Positions 55,238 to 63,199 of a DNA stretch of 64,000 bases are shown here, in pieces; position 1 is the first letter of the stretch, and each line of letters opens with the position of its first letter. The notes beneath the pieces are model-generated. The model had not been told where the DNA came from, searched no databases, and worked only from the letters and a program-made list of their open reading frames with translations. A program made the position numbers and the translations under genes. The stretch is from Dehalococcoidia bacterium (GTDB lineage: Bacteria; Chloroflexota; Dehalococcoidia; UBA2979), in contig CAXXDN010000001.1 of the NCBI GenBank assembly GCA_963667465.2, positions 640,001 through 704,000 on the forward strand, in the 5' to 3' direction.

Positions 55238-56776
55238 ATGCCGGACTTGGCCGACCACATCGCGCGCATCGCGCAGGATGAAGCGCTCCCGCAGCGCGTC
55301 GAGGAGGCCGCGCGCCAGACGGCGGTGCTTCCTGTCCTCGCTGCGCTGGGCTGGGACTGCTGGGACGGCAACGAGGTGACGCCGGAGTTCGAGGTGCGCG
55401 GCGGACGTGTGGACTACTGCCTCCAGGTTCCCGGCCAGCGTCTCGTGCTCATCGAGGTGAAGCGCACGGGCGCGGACCTCAGCGGGCCCCCGGAGGAGCA
55501 ACTGTTGCGCTACGCCTTCGACGAGGGCGTGCCGCTGGCCGCGCTCACCGACGGTCGCGTGTGGTGGTTGTACCTGTCTACCGCGACCGGGAGCTGGGAA
55601 CAGCGCCGCTTCTTCAGCATCGACTTTCGTCAGCAGGAGGCCGCTCACGCCGCCGCCAGCCTTGAGCGCTTCCTGCGCCGGGACGCGGTGACGAGCGGGA
55701 AGGCGCTGGAGGAGGCTCGACGCGAGTTCGAGAGCCAGGAGCGCGATCGGCGTGTCCGAGCGGCGTTGCAGGAGGCCTGGAAGCAAGTGCTTGGCGACCC
55801 GAACGGACTGCTGCGTGACTTGCTCGCCGAGGAGGTCAGGGAGATCGCGGGGCACCGTCCCGAAGCGCAGACAATTGCCGACTTCCTGAGGAGCGTATCG
55901 GGCGACACATCCTGGGAAACTGAGCCGCCCCGCCCTCCACCGCGCCGGACTCGTTCGAGGCGACCTCAGGACGCCGAGTCGGCTGGTCAGGCTGCTCCCG
56001 CGAGCGAGCCTGAACGTGTCCGGCACAGGACGCCCGTAGCTCCTCCTTCCGCGAGCTTCACTGGCCGTCGTGTCGCAGCCTTCGAACTCGATGGCACCAA
56101 GCACGAGGTCACGAGTTGGCGGCGGCTCCTGCCGGTGATATGCGAGCAACTCGCGAGGCGGGCCGGGCCGGCGTTCGCGCGGCGTGTCGCCGAGCTGCGG
56201 GGCCGAACGCGGCCCTATTTCAGTGTGTCGGGCGCGGAACTCCGCATGCCGCTTGAGATCCCGGGTGCGGGCGTCCATGTCGAGGGGAATCTCAGCGCAA
56301 GGCAGGCGGAGCGGGTCGCCAGGCTCACCTTGCACGCCGTCCGTGGCTCAGACGAGGGCTTCCGCATCATCCTGGCCGGGGAGCCGGATCCCGCAGGTGA
56401 GGTCGCGTCCCCCGGCGGGGGGACGGCCGTCGCTCCTCCCACGACGGACTTCAAGGGTCGTCACCCTGCGGCGTTCTGGGTCGACGGCAACCGGTACGAA
56501 GTGGCCCTCTGGAACGAGGTTCTGCGCCGGACGTGTGAGCAATTGGCGCAGGAGGTAGGACCGGCATTCGCAGAGCGCGTCGCGCAGCTTCGGGGTCGGC
56601 AGCGGCTCTACTTCAGTTCGTCAACTGCCGATCTCAGGCAACCGCTCAGCATCCCCGGCACAGACCTCTACGTCGAGGGGAAGTGGAGTGCTGACGGGTG
56701 CGTGCGCCTCGCGAGTCGCGTGCTTGTCGCAGTCCGCGGGAGTGACGAGGGCTTCCGCATCGAACTCGCGGAGTAG
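55238..56776 (+). CDS. HsdR-N-type PD-(D/E)XK nuclease fused to two tandem SeqA-like domains
   Basis: PE..RVDYCL..IEVK..EQLLRYA..LTDG..W; repeats LRGRTRPYFS..LR.P..IPG..VEGN and LRGRQRLYFS..LR.P..IPG..VEGK. Confidence 0.75.
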   Translation: MPDLADHIARIAQDEALPQRVEEAARQTAVLPVLAALGWDCWDGNEVTPEFEVRGGRVDYCLQVPGQRLVLIEVKRTGADLSGPPEEQLLRYAFDEGVPLAALTDGRVWWLYLSTATGSWEQRRFFSIDFRQQEAAHAAASLERFLRRDAVTSGKALEEARREFESQERDRRVRAALQEAWKQVLGDPNGLLRDLLAEEVREIAGHRPEAQTIADFLRSVSGDTSWETEPPRPPPRRTRSRRPQDAESAGQAAPASEPERVRHRTPVAPPSASFTGRRVAAFELDGTKHEVTSWRRLLPVICEQLARRAGPAFARRVAELRGRTRPYFSVSGAELRMPLEIPGAGVHVEGNLSARQAERVARLTLHAVRGSDEGFRIILAGEPDPAGEVASPGGGTAVAPPTTDFKGRHPAAFWVDGNRYEVALWNEVLRRTCEQLAQEVGPAFAERVAQLRGRQRLYFSSSTADLRQPLSIPGTDLYVEGKWSADGCVRLASRVLVAVRGSDEGFRIELAE

Positions 56777-56796
56777 CGAAGCGCGGCGCGTGGAGC

Positions 56797-56859
56797 GCCT
56801 CCTCCGAGATCCAGCGCAACATCATCGCCACGCGCGGCCTCGGCCTCCCGCGCCGCTGA
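56797..56859 (+). pseudogene. 3'-terminal remnant of an acyl-CoA dehydrogenase gene
   Basis: ASSEIQRNIIATRGLGLPRR* matches the ACAD C-terminal signature; no upstream body. Confidence 0.75.
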
Positions 56860-56965
56860 GTACTGCGCCCTCGACGAATCCGATGTGAGTGCGGGGCCTG
56901 CGGGGTACCCCGCGTCCGGTCGTGCCCGCTTCCGCCGGCAAGGCACGTGCCGGGCACGCACCCCC

Positions 56966-57058
56966 GAGGGCGCAACAACCCATCGAGCCGGGAGTCAGCA
57001 TGGCGAGCGCCCTCACCCCCACCCCCACTCTCTCCCCCAGGAGAGGGGGCCGGAGGGG
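56966..57058. repeat. Single copy of the REP-like unit
   Basis: 57030-57058 CTCTCCCCCAGGAGAGGGGGCCGGAGGGG is identical to 40960-40988; begins GAGGGCGCAAC. Confidence 0.75.
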
Positions 57059-57081
57059 AGGGGGCGGACCGGCGGGCGGCG

Positions 57082-58443
57082 CTACTCCATGTCGCGGAGG
57101 CGCGGGACGAGGGCGTAAGCGGCAATGGCGGTCAGCACCAGCAGCGCTGAGAAGCTGCCGAGGCCGAACTGCGGCCCCACTACCTCCGAGATCAGGCCGA
57201 CGGCGAAGGCGCCGAGGGCCATCGTGCCGACCTGCATCATGAAGATGCTCGCCATCCGGCCCCGGTACGCGTCTTCGACGTGGGTGTGCAGCAGCACGTT
57301 GTTGAGCGCCTGCCGCCCTGCCTCGCCCAGCCCGACGATGCCCATGAGCAGCAGCGACAGCACGTAGTTCGAGGAGGCGGAGAACGTCGCCAGCCCCACG
57401 CCGGCCACCACCACGCTCAGCAGCAGCAGCTTCCCGCGCCTCCTCGGGGCCAGCGAGGCCAGCGCGAGCGCCCCTGCCAGCGAGCCAAGACCCGCGACGC
57501 TCATCATCAGGCCGAGCTGCGCCGCACCCCCGTTCAGCACGTCGGCGACGAAGCCCGGCAGGATGCGGATGTAGGGCATCCCCAGGAATGAGGTCACGAA
57601 GCTGAGCGCGAGCAGCAGGAACACCGTGGGGGTGCGCACAGCGTAGGAGATGCCTTCGCGGATCTCGCCGATGCCGCCGCGCCTGCTCGTCGCGCCCGGC
57701 TCCGGCGACCGCTTCGGTACGCGCAGGAAGAGGAGAATCGAGACCACGAACAGCGCGGTCATGAGCACGTAGACCCACTCCGCGCCGATGAGTGCAAGCA
57801 GGATCCCCCCGAACGTCGGCCCCAGCAGCCGCATGCTGTTCATCCCGGCCATGTTCAGCGAAACGGCGTTCTGCAGCCTCGAGGTGCCCACGATCTCCGG
57901 CGGCATCGATTGCAGCGCCGGGAAGATCAGGCCGCTGGTCGCCCCCTGTGCCATCGCCGCGATCAGCAGGTGCTCGTAGCGCAGCATGTCGGCGAAGAGC
58001 AGGACCGCCACGGCGGCCGCGGTCACGGCTCCGCCGAGCTCGCCGATCTGCACCATGACCCGTTTCGAGCTGCGGTCGGCCAGGACACCGCCGTAGAGGG
58101 AAAAGCCGAGCATTACCACGGACAGGAACAGCGCCATCGTCCCCAGCGCCGCGTATGAGCCAGTGAGCTCGAACACGAGATAGCCGCGGGCGAGCAGTTG
58201 CATGTTCATCGTCGCGTTGAGGCCCAGCGTTGCGATGAAGAACCAGCGGAAGTCGCGATCGTCCAGCGACTCGAAGGTGCGGGCCCGCCGCAGGCGGGCG
58301 AGCCGCGAGGTCGGCGTCGCGCGCTCGGGTCGCGCGTCGAGGCGCGTGCCGCCTCGCGAGGGCGTGTCGGGGCGATCGGCGTCGCGGTGCGGTGTATTCG
58401 TCGGCCCGTCCCCCGCGAGCAGCGGGCGGCCGGGTTCCGCCAT
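57082..58443 (-). CDS. MFS transporter, paralogue 1
   Basis: F.SL..RDFRWF, GGVLADR..KR, QNAVSLN, GP..GG, YRGRM.S. Confidence 0.9.
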   Translation of the reverse strand: MAEPGRPLLAGDGPTNTPHRDADRPDTPSRGGTRLDARPERATPTSRLARLRRARTFESLDDRDFRWFFIATLGLNATMNMQLLARGYLVFELTGSYAALGTMALFLSVVMLGFSLYGGVLADRSSKRVMVQIGELGGAVTAAAVAVLLFADMLRYEHLLIAAMAQGATSGLIFPALQSMPPEIVGTSRLQNAVSLNMAGMNSMRLLGPTFGGILLALIGAEWVYVLMTALFVVSILLFLRVPKRSPEPGATSRRGGIGEIREGISYAVRTPTVFLLLALSFVTSFLGMPYIRILPGFVADVLNGGAAQLGLMMSVAGLGSLAGALALASLAPRRRGKLLLLSVVVAGVGLATFSASSNYVLSLLLMGIVGLGEAGRQALNNVLLHTHVEDAYRGRMASIFMMQVGTMALGAFAVGLISEVVGPQFGLGSFSALLVLTAIAAYALVPRLRDME

Positions 58444-58521
58444 CGCCGCCCCTGATCGCTCCGCGAGGACTCGAAGCGGCCACCAGCCTAGCGCAGCGGC
58501 GGGCGATGGCGCGGCCGGGCG

Positions 58522-59886
58522 CTACTGGATCTCGCGCACGCGCGGCACGAAGAGGTGCACGACGATCGCGACCAGCACCAACAACACGGCGAAGCTGCCG
58601 AGGCCGACCTGCGGGCCCACGAACTCGGCGATCAGGCCGACGACGAAGGCGCCGAGCGCCATCGTGCCGACCTGCGTCATCAGCACGCTCATCACGCGGC
58701 CCCGGTAGGCGTCCTCCGCGTACTGGTGGATCAGCACCACGTTGAGCGCCTGCCGCCCCGCCTCACCCACCCCGACGACGAACATCAGGACGATCGAGAG
58801 CACGAAGATCGAGGATGCGGAGAACGCTGTCAGGCCGATGCCCATGACCACCATGCTCAGCAGCAGCAGCTTGCCGCGCCGCCTCGACCGCAGGGAGGCG
58901 AGCACGAGCGCGCCGGTCAGCGATCCGAGGCCCGCGAGGCTCATCAGGATGCCAAGCTGCGCCGAGTCCCCGTTGAGCACGTCGGCCACGAAGCCCGGCA
59001 TGAGGCGGATGTAGGGCATCCCCAGCAGCGACGTCGTGAAACCGATCGCCAGCAGCGAGAACACCGTCGGCGTGCGCCGGATGTACGTGAAGCCCTCGCG
59101 CAGCTCCCGGATGACGTTCGCGGCGCTCATCGAGCGCGGGCGCGGCGCGCGCTTCGGCACACGGGCGAGCAGGACGATCGAGATCACGAACAGCGCGGTC
59201 ATGATCGTGTACACCCACTCCGCCTCGGTCACCGCAAGCAGCACGCCGGCGAGGGCCGGCCCGAGCAGCCGCATGACGTTCATGTTCGCTGTGTTGAGCG
59301 AGACGGCGTTCTGCAGCAGCGAGTGCTGGACGATCTCGGGCGGCATCGCCTGGCGGGCCGGCATCATCAGGCCACTGGTCACGCCCTGCGCGAACGCCGC
59401 GATCAGGAGGTGCTCCCAGCGCAGCAGATCGGCGAACAGCAGCGCTGCGACGACCGCCGCGTTGATCGCAGCCGCGATCTGCCCCAGCTGGAGGATCATG
59501 CGCTTCGAGCGCCCGTCGGCGAGCACGCCCCCATAGAGCGAAAACGTCAGCATCGAGACGGCGTGCACCAGCGCGAGGGTGCCGAGGGCGGCGTAGGAGC
59601 CGGTCAGGTCGAAGACGAGGAAGCCGCGCGCCAGCATCTGCATGTTCATCGCCGCGTTCTGGCTGAATGAGGCGAAGAAGAACCAGCGGAAGTCGCGGTC
59701 GTGTAGCGAGGCGAAGGTCGGCGCGGCGGCGACGCCCCTGATCAGTTGAGCGGGCGTCGGGAGCCCTTCCGCGTCCGCGTCCGGGCGCTGGCCCTCGTGC
59801 GAGGGCGCGTCCTCGCGGTCGTCGTCGCGGCGCTGTGCAGTCGTCGGCGCGCTCCCTCGCGAGCGGCCGGCGGGAGACGGCCGCAG
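58522..59886 (-). CDS. MFS transporter, paralogue 2; true start unresolved (no ATG/GTG/TTG upstream of 59649)
   Basis: Frame open to 59922; TFASLHDRDFRWFF homologous to paralogue 1 lies upstream of the first ATG. Confidence 0.75.
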   Translation of the reverse strand: MRPSPAGRSRGSAPTTAQRRDDDREDAPSHEGQRPDADAEGLPTPAQLIRGVAAAPTFASLHDRDFRWFFFASFSQNAAMNMQMLARGFLVFDLTGSYAALGTLALVHAVSMLTFSLYGGVLADGRSKRMILQLGQIAAAINAAVVAALLFADLLRWEHLLIAAFAQGVTSGLMMPARQAMPPEIVQHSLLQNAVSLNTANMNVMRLLGPALAGVLLAVTEAEWVYTIMTALFVISIVLLARVPKRAPRPRSMSAANVIRELREGFTYIRRTPTVFSLLAIGFTTSLLGMPYIRLMPGFVADVLNGDSAQLGILMSLAGLGSLTGALVLASLRSRRRGKLLLLSMVVMGIGLTAFSASSIFVLSIVLMFVVGVGEAGRQALNVVLIHQYAEDAYRGRVMSVLMTQVGTMALGAFVVGLIAEFVGPQVGLGSFAVLLVLVAIVVHLFVPRVREIQ

Positions 59887-59994
59887 CTGGTGGTCCTCGG
59901 AGGACTCGAAGTGGGGCCTAGCCTAGCGCAGGGTTGAGTCAGGGGCTGCGGCCGGTCCGGGTGGGGCTGGGCCTGGGGGCGCCCTGCCTGCGCC

Positions 59995-60309
59995 TCAGAA
60001 GCCTCCGCCGGGGAGGTGGGACGACATGTCCCGGTGCGCCTCGGAGCGCGCGTCGTCCGAACGACGCCGGAGGTCCGCTCCCTCGGCCTGCGCGCGGCGC
60101 CATGCTTCGGGGTCCGCGCCTTCGGCGAGGCCGCGGCTCGCGGCTCGCCCGCGTGTCCCCGGCAGGACGGCGACGATGATGAGGGCGGCGATGGTGAACG
60201 CGGCTCCGGACAAGGCCCACAGCCACACCCGGCGCCGCTTCCACCGTGCGACGGCGCCGCTAGCGGCGGCGCACATCGCCATCAACACGAGCAGCGGAAC
60301 GAGCTCCAT
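59995..60309 (-). CDS. Small two-TM membrane protein
   Basis: MCAAASGAVARWKRRRVWLWALSG..LIIVAVLPG; GGGAG RBS. Confidence 0.6.
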   Translation of the reverse strand: MELVPLLVLMAMCAAASGAVARWKRRRVWLWALSGAAFTIAALIIVAVLPGTRGRAASRGLAEGADPEAWRRAQAEGADLRRRSDDARSEAHRDMSSHLPGGGF

Positions 60310-60388
60310 GGCAAGACTCCCTTCGCCCAGGCGCATGACGGCTCACCGAGGTGCGTGAAGAATCACAACCAGCATAGCGGACCGCTAC

Positions 60389-60850
60389 TCACTCCTCCGT
60401 CGCCCGGCCTCTCGCCCGCGCCACGAAGCGCGCGGCGTCCTCCCTGCGGGTGATGCGGGCGCTCAGGGTCTCCTCAAGGAGCGTTTCACCTCTTCCCGGC
60501 AAGCTGGCGACGACGATCAGCGCGAGGTAGGCGAAGCCTGCGCCGAGCGCGATCCAGAGCCAGACACGCCGCCGCTTGCTCCGGGCGAGATAGCCGCACA
60601 AGGCCGCGCACATCACGGCGACAACCCCGTGCAGCGTGGTGATCGGCGAGTCGCGGTACAGGGGGGTGCCCTCGAGAAGGGGGACGAGGAGCTGGGGGCC
60701 AATCGCGAACAGGGCGCCAGGCGGCGCCCAGATCCACCAGCGGCGTCCGTTCTCGTGGGCCACGCCACCCGCAGCCACGGCGCCCACGACCGCGAACGTC
60801 ACGAACAGGGAGAACGCCACCCATGCGGGGAAATCAATCGCATTACCCAC
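60389..60850 (-). CDS. Membrane protein with two copies of the same two-TM motif
   Basis: VAHENGRRWWIW..G and MCAALCGYLARSKRRRVWLWIALG..LIVVASLPG. Confidence 0.6.
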   Translation of the reverse strand: MGNAIDFPAWVAFSLFVTFAVVGAVAAGGVAHENGRRWWIWAPPGALFAIGPQLLVPLLEGTPLYRDSPITTLHGVVAVMCAALCGYLARSKRRRVWLWIALGAGFAYLALIVVASLPGRGETLLEETLSARITRREDAARFVARARGRATEE

Positions 60851-61055
60851 GGAGCGCACTCCCTCGCGGCGCTCACTGGGCCGCGGATTCTGCCGCCGCG
60901 CCGCGGCCAGCGTCATAACGCTACATGATGGGTGAGCCGCAGGACGTCGCGGCGGTCGATCCCGGCAGCGCGACGGGGGACATTGATCCACCAGCCCCCC
61001 GCCCCGATGCTCCAGGGGTCGCTGACGACGTAGCGAGCGGCCGGAACGGGCGCCC

Positions 61056-62303
61056 TTGGCCACGAACCAACATCCCGCATCCTCGATCCGCGATCGCGCC
61101 GAGTCGAAGCGCGCCGTTGCGCTGCTGATCGGCCTGAACACGACCGCGCCGCTCGCGATCGACATGTTCCTGCCCTCGATGCCGAACATGGCGAGGGAGT
61201 TCGAGGCGCCGACCTCGACGGTCCAGCTCGCGGTCACGCTGTTCCTGCTCGCGTTCGCGGCCTCGCAACTCGTCTACGGGCCGGTCTCGGATCGCTTCGG
61301 ACGGCGCCCCGCCCTCGTCGTCGGGCTCGTGCTCTTCATCGGTGGGGGCCTGATGTCGCTGTTCGCGTGGTCGGCGGAGGCGCTGATCGTCGGGCGCATT
61401 ATCCAGGGCATCGGCGGCGGGGCCGGTCCCGCGATCGGCCGCGCGATGGTGCTCGATGTGTTCGGGCGACAGCGCGCGGCGCGGGTGCTGGCCTACATGA
61501 CGATCGCCACGCCGCTGGCGCCGACGCTCGCACCCATCATCGGCGGCGTGCTGCAGGACCTGTTCGACTGGCGCGCCGTCTTCGTGACGCTCATCGCTAT
61601 CGGCGTGTTCCTGCTCGTCGCCTACCAGTTGGTGCTGCCCGAGACCAACGTGCGCCGCGACCGTACGGCCCTCGGCGCGGTGCAGCTGGGCAGGAACTAT
61701 CGGGAGCTGTTCTCGAGCCGCATCTTTCTGGCCTACGCGCTGACGATGGGGTTGATGTTCAGCGGCCAGCTGGTCTTCATCTCCGGCTCGTCGTTCGTGC
61801 TGATCGATGAGCTTGGGCTCTCGGCAGGCCAGTTTGGGCTCGCCTTCGGATTCGCGGCGCTCGGGATCATGAGCGGGGCGTGGCTCTCGAGCCGGCTGGT
61901 GGTGCGCTGGCCGAACTCGCGGGTGGTGCTGCTCGGCGCGGTGTTCGGCGCAAGCGCCGGCGGCGTGATGGCGGTGCTCGCCTGGGGCGGCGTCGCCAAT
62001 CCGTGGGCCGTGCTGCTGCCGATGTTCGTGTTCGCCGCGGGAAACGGCCTCGCCCGTCCGCCGGCGATGGCCGGCGCGATGATCCCGTTCGAGCGTATGG
62101 CGGGTCTCGCCTCGGCGGTGCTCGGATTCACCCAGATGGCGATCGCGACGGTCTACAACATCGCGTTCAGCCAGCTGATCGCGATCGACCAGGTCGCCCT
62201 CGCGAGCGGCATCGCCGCCGCCGCGGCCGCCAACCTCGTCCTGCTGCTGCTGCTGCGCCCGCCCGCAAGCACGCCGGAGCGCCCGGCCGGGGCGGCCTCC
62301 TGA
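61056..62303 (+). CDS. Bcr/CflA-family multidrug MFS transporter
   Basis: PLAIDMFLPSMP, QLVYGPVSDRFGRRP, GRIIQG, AP.IGG, WRAVF, LPET, AG.ASA. Confidence 0.92.
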   Translation: MATNQHPASSIRDRAESKRAVALLIGLNTTAPLAIDMFLPSMPNMAREFEAPTSTVQLAVTLFLLAFAASQLVYGPVSDRFGRRPALVVGLVLFIGGGLMSLFAWSAEALIVGRIIQGIGGGAGPAIGRAMVLDVFGRQRAARVLAYMTIATPLAPTLAPIIGGVLQDLFDWRAVFVTLIAIGVFLLVAYQLVLPETNVRRDRTALGAVQLGRNYRELFSSRIFLAYALTMGLMFSGQLVFISGSSFVLIDELGLSAGQFGLAFGFAALGIMSGAWLSSRLVVRWPNSRVVLLGAVFGASAGGVMAVLAWGGVANPWAVLLPMFVFAAGNGLARPPAMAGAMIPFERMAGLASAVLGFTQMAIATVYNIAFSQLIAIDQVALASGIAAAAAANLVLLLLLRPPASTPERPAGAAS

Positions 62304-62313
62304 CGGAGGTTTC

Positions 62314-62760
62314 CTACGCGCGATCCGGTAGGTCTGGTTCGCCGATCCAGCGCACCCGGGCGGAGCTGCTCGCTGCCCGCCAGAACCGTTCGTCGGCGGT
62401 CCACAGCTCGCAATCGAGGGTCTCCGCGAGCGCCAGATAGTGGCTGTCGTAGATAGCGCCCTGTCCGAGCAGGCCCGCCAGCTCGAGGGCCCTGCTGTGC
62501 AAGCGTGGCGCTCCGAGCAGCTCGACACCGGAGGCCAGCATGGCTTCCAGCAGACGAGCCGCCTCGGCCACGGTCAGTTCGCCGCGCAGGACACGCCGAT
62601 GCAGCGCGTTGCTCACCTCCACCGGCAGGAGGTACGGCGCTGTTGGCGTCACGCCGTCGCCAGCCCAGCTCCGGGCGAGCGAGCGCGCGGAACCCGAGTC
62701 CGGCTCCCGGACCAGCCACTTGACCACCAGGCTCGCGTCCACGACGACGCGACCGTTCAC
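62314..62760 (-). CDS. VapC/PIN toxin
   Basis: VVDASLVVKW..E, EVSNAL, YDSHYLALAE, WTAD. Confidence 0.92.
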   Translation of the reverse strand: MNGRVVVDASLVVKWLVREPDSGSARSLARSWAGDGVTPTAPYLLPVEVSNALHRRVLRGELTVAEAARLLEAMLASGVELLGAPRLHSRALELAGLLGQGAIYDSHYLALAETLDCELWTADERFWRAASSSARVRWIGEPDLPDRA

Positions 62761-63041
62761 GATGAGGCGCGTTCCTCGCGGGCCTCGCGGATGAAGTCAA
62801 CCGAGTCTCCGGTGAACGTCCTGTCCCTGAGGAGTCCGTGTTGGAGCGCCTCGAGCCGGTCGAGCGCCTCGCCGAAGGGCAGGACGGCGAGTCCCTGTGA
62901 CTCCTCCTTCGCGAGTTCCTGCTCGATGGCGTTCTGACAGTACTGGCGCATGCTCACGCCCTTGAGTGCGGCGACGGCCTTCAGTCGCCGCTGCAGGGGC
63001 GCGTCGATGTCGAGGGTGAGTCGCTTCTTCTGGACGGCCAT
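62757..63041 (-). CDS. Ribbon-helix-helix-type antitoxin
   Basis: KKRLTLDID..LQRRLK..AA..GVSM; DSVDFIREARE C-terminus; overlaps the PIN gene. Confidence 0.8.
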   Translation of the reverse strand: MAVQKKRLTLDIDAPLQRRLKAVAALKGVSMRQYCQNAIEQELAKEESQGLAVLPFGEALDRLEALQHGLLRDRTFTGDSVDFIREAREERASS

Positions 63042-63060
63042 TGGCGCCTCCCGGCGGAAC

Positions 63061-63084
63061 TACAGAAATACAGAATAACAGAAG
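63061..63084. promoter_or_regulatory. Three 8-bp direct repeats upstream of the RHH antitoxin
   Basis: TACAGAAA-TACAGAAT-AACAGAAG; includes TATTCT -10-like hexamer on the minus strand. Confidence 0.55.
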
Positions 63085-63199
63085 CTGCGCGGTAGAACCT
63101 TCGCGAGCCCTGCCCGCCCCGCCGCGACGCTCTAGAATCGTCCGGCCGCCGCCGAGCACGTTGGCGCCGGGAAGATTGACGACCGGGGAGGATGCAGCA

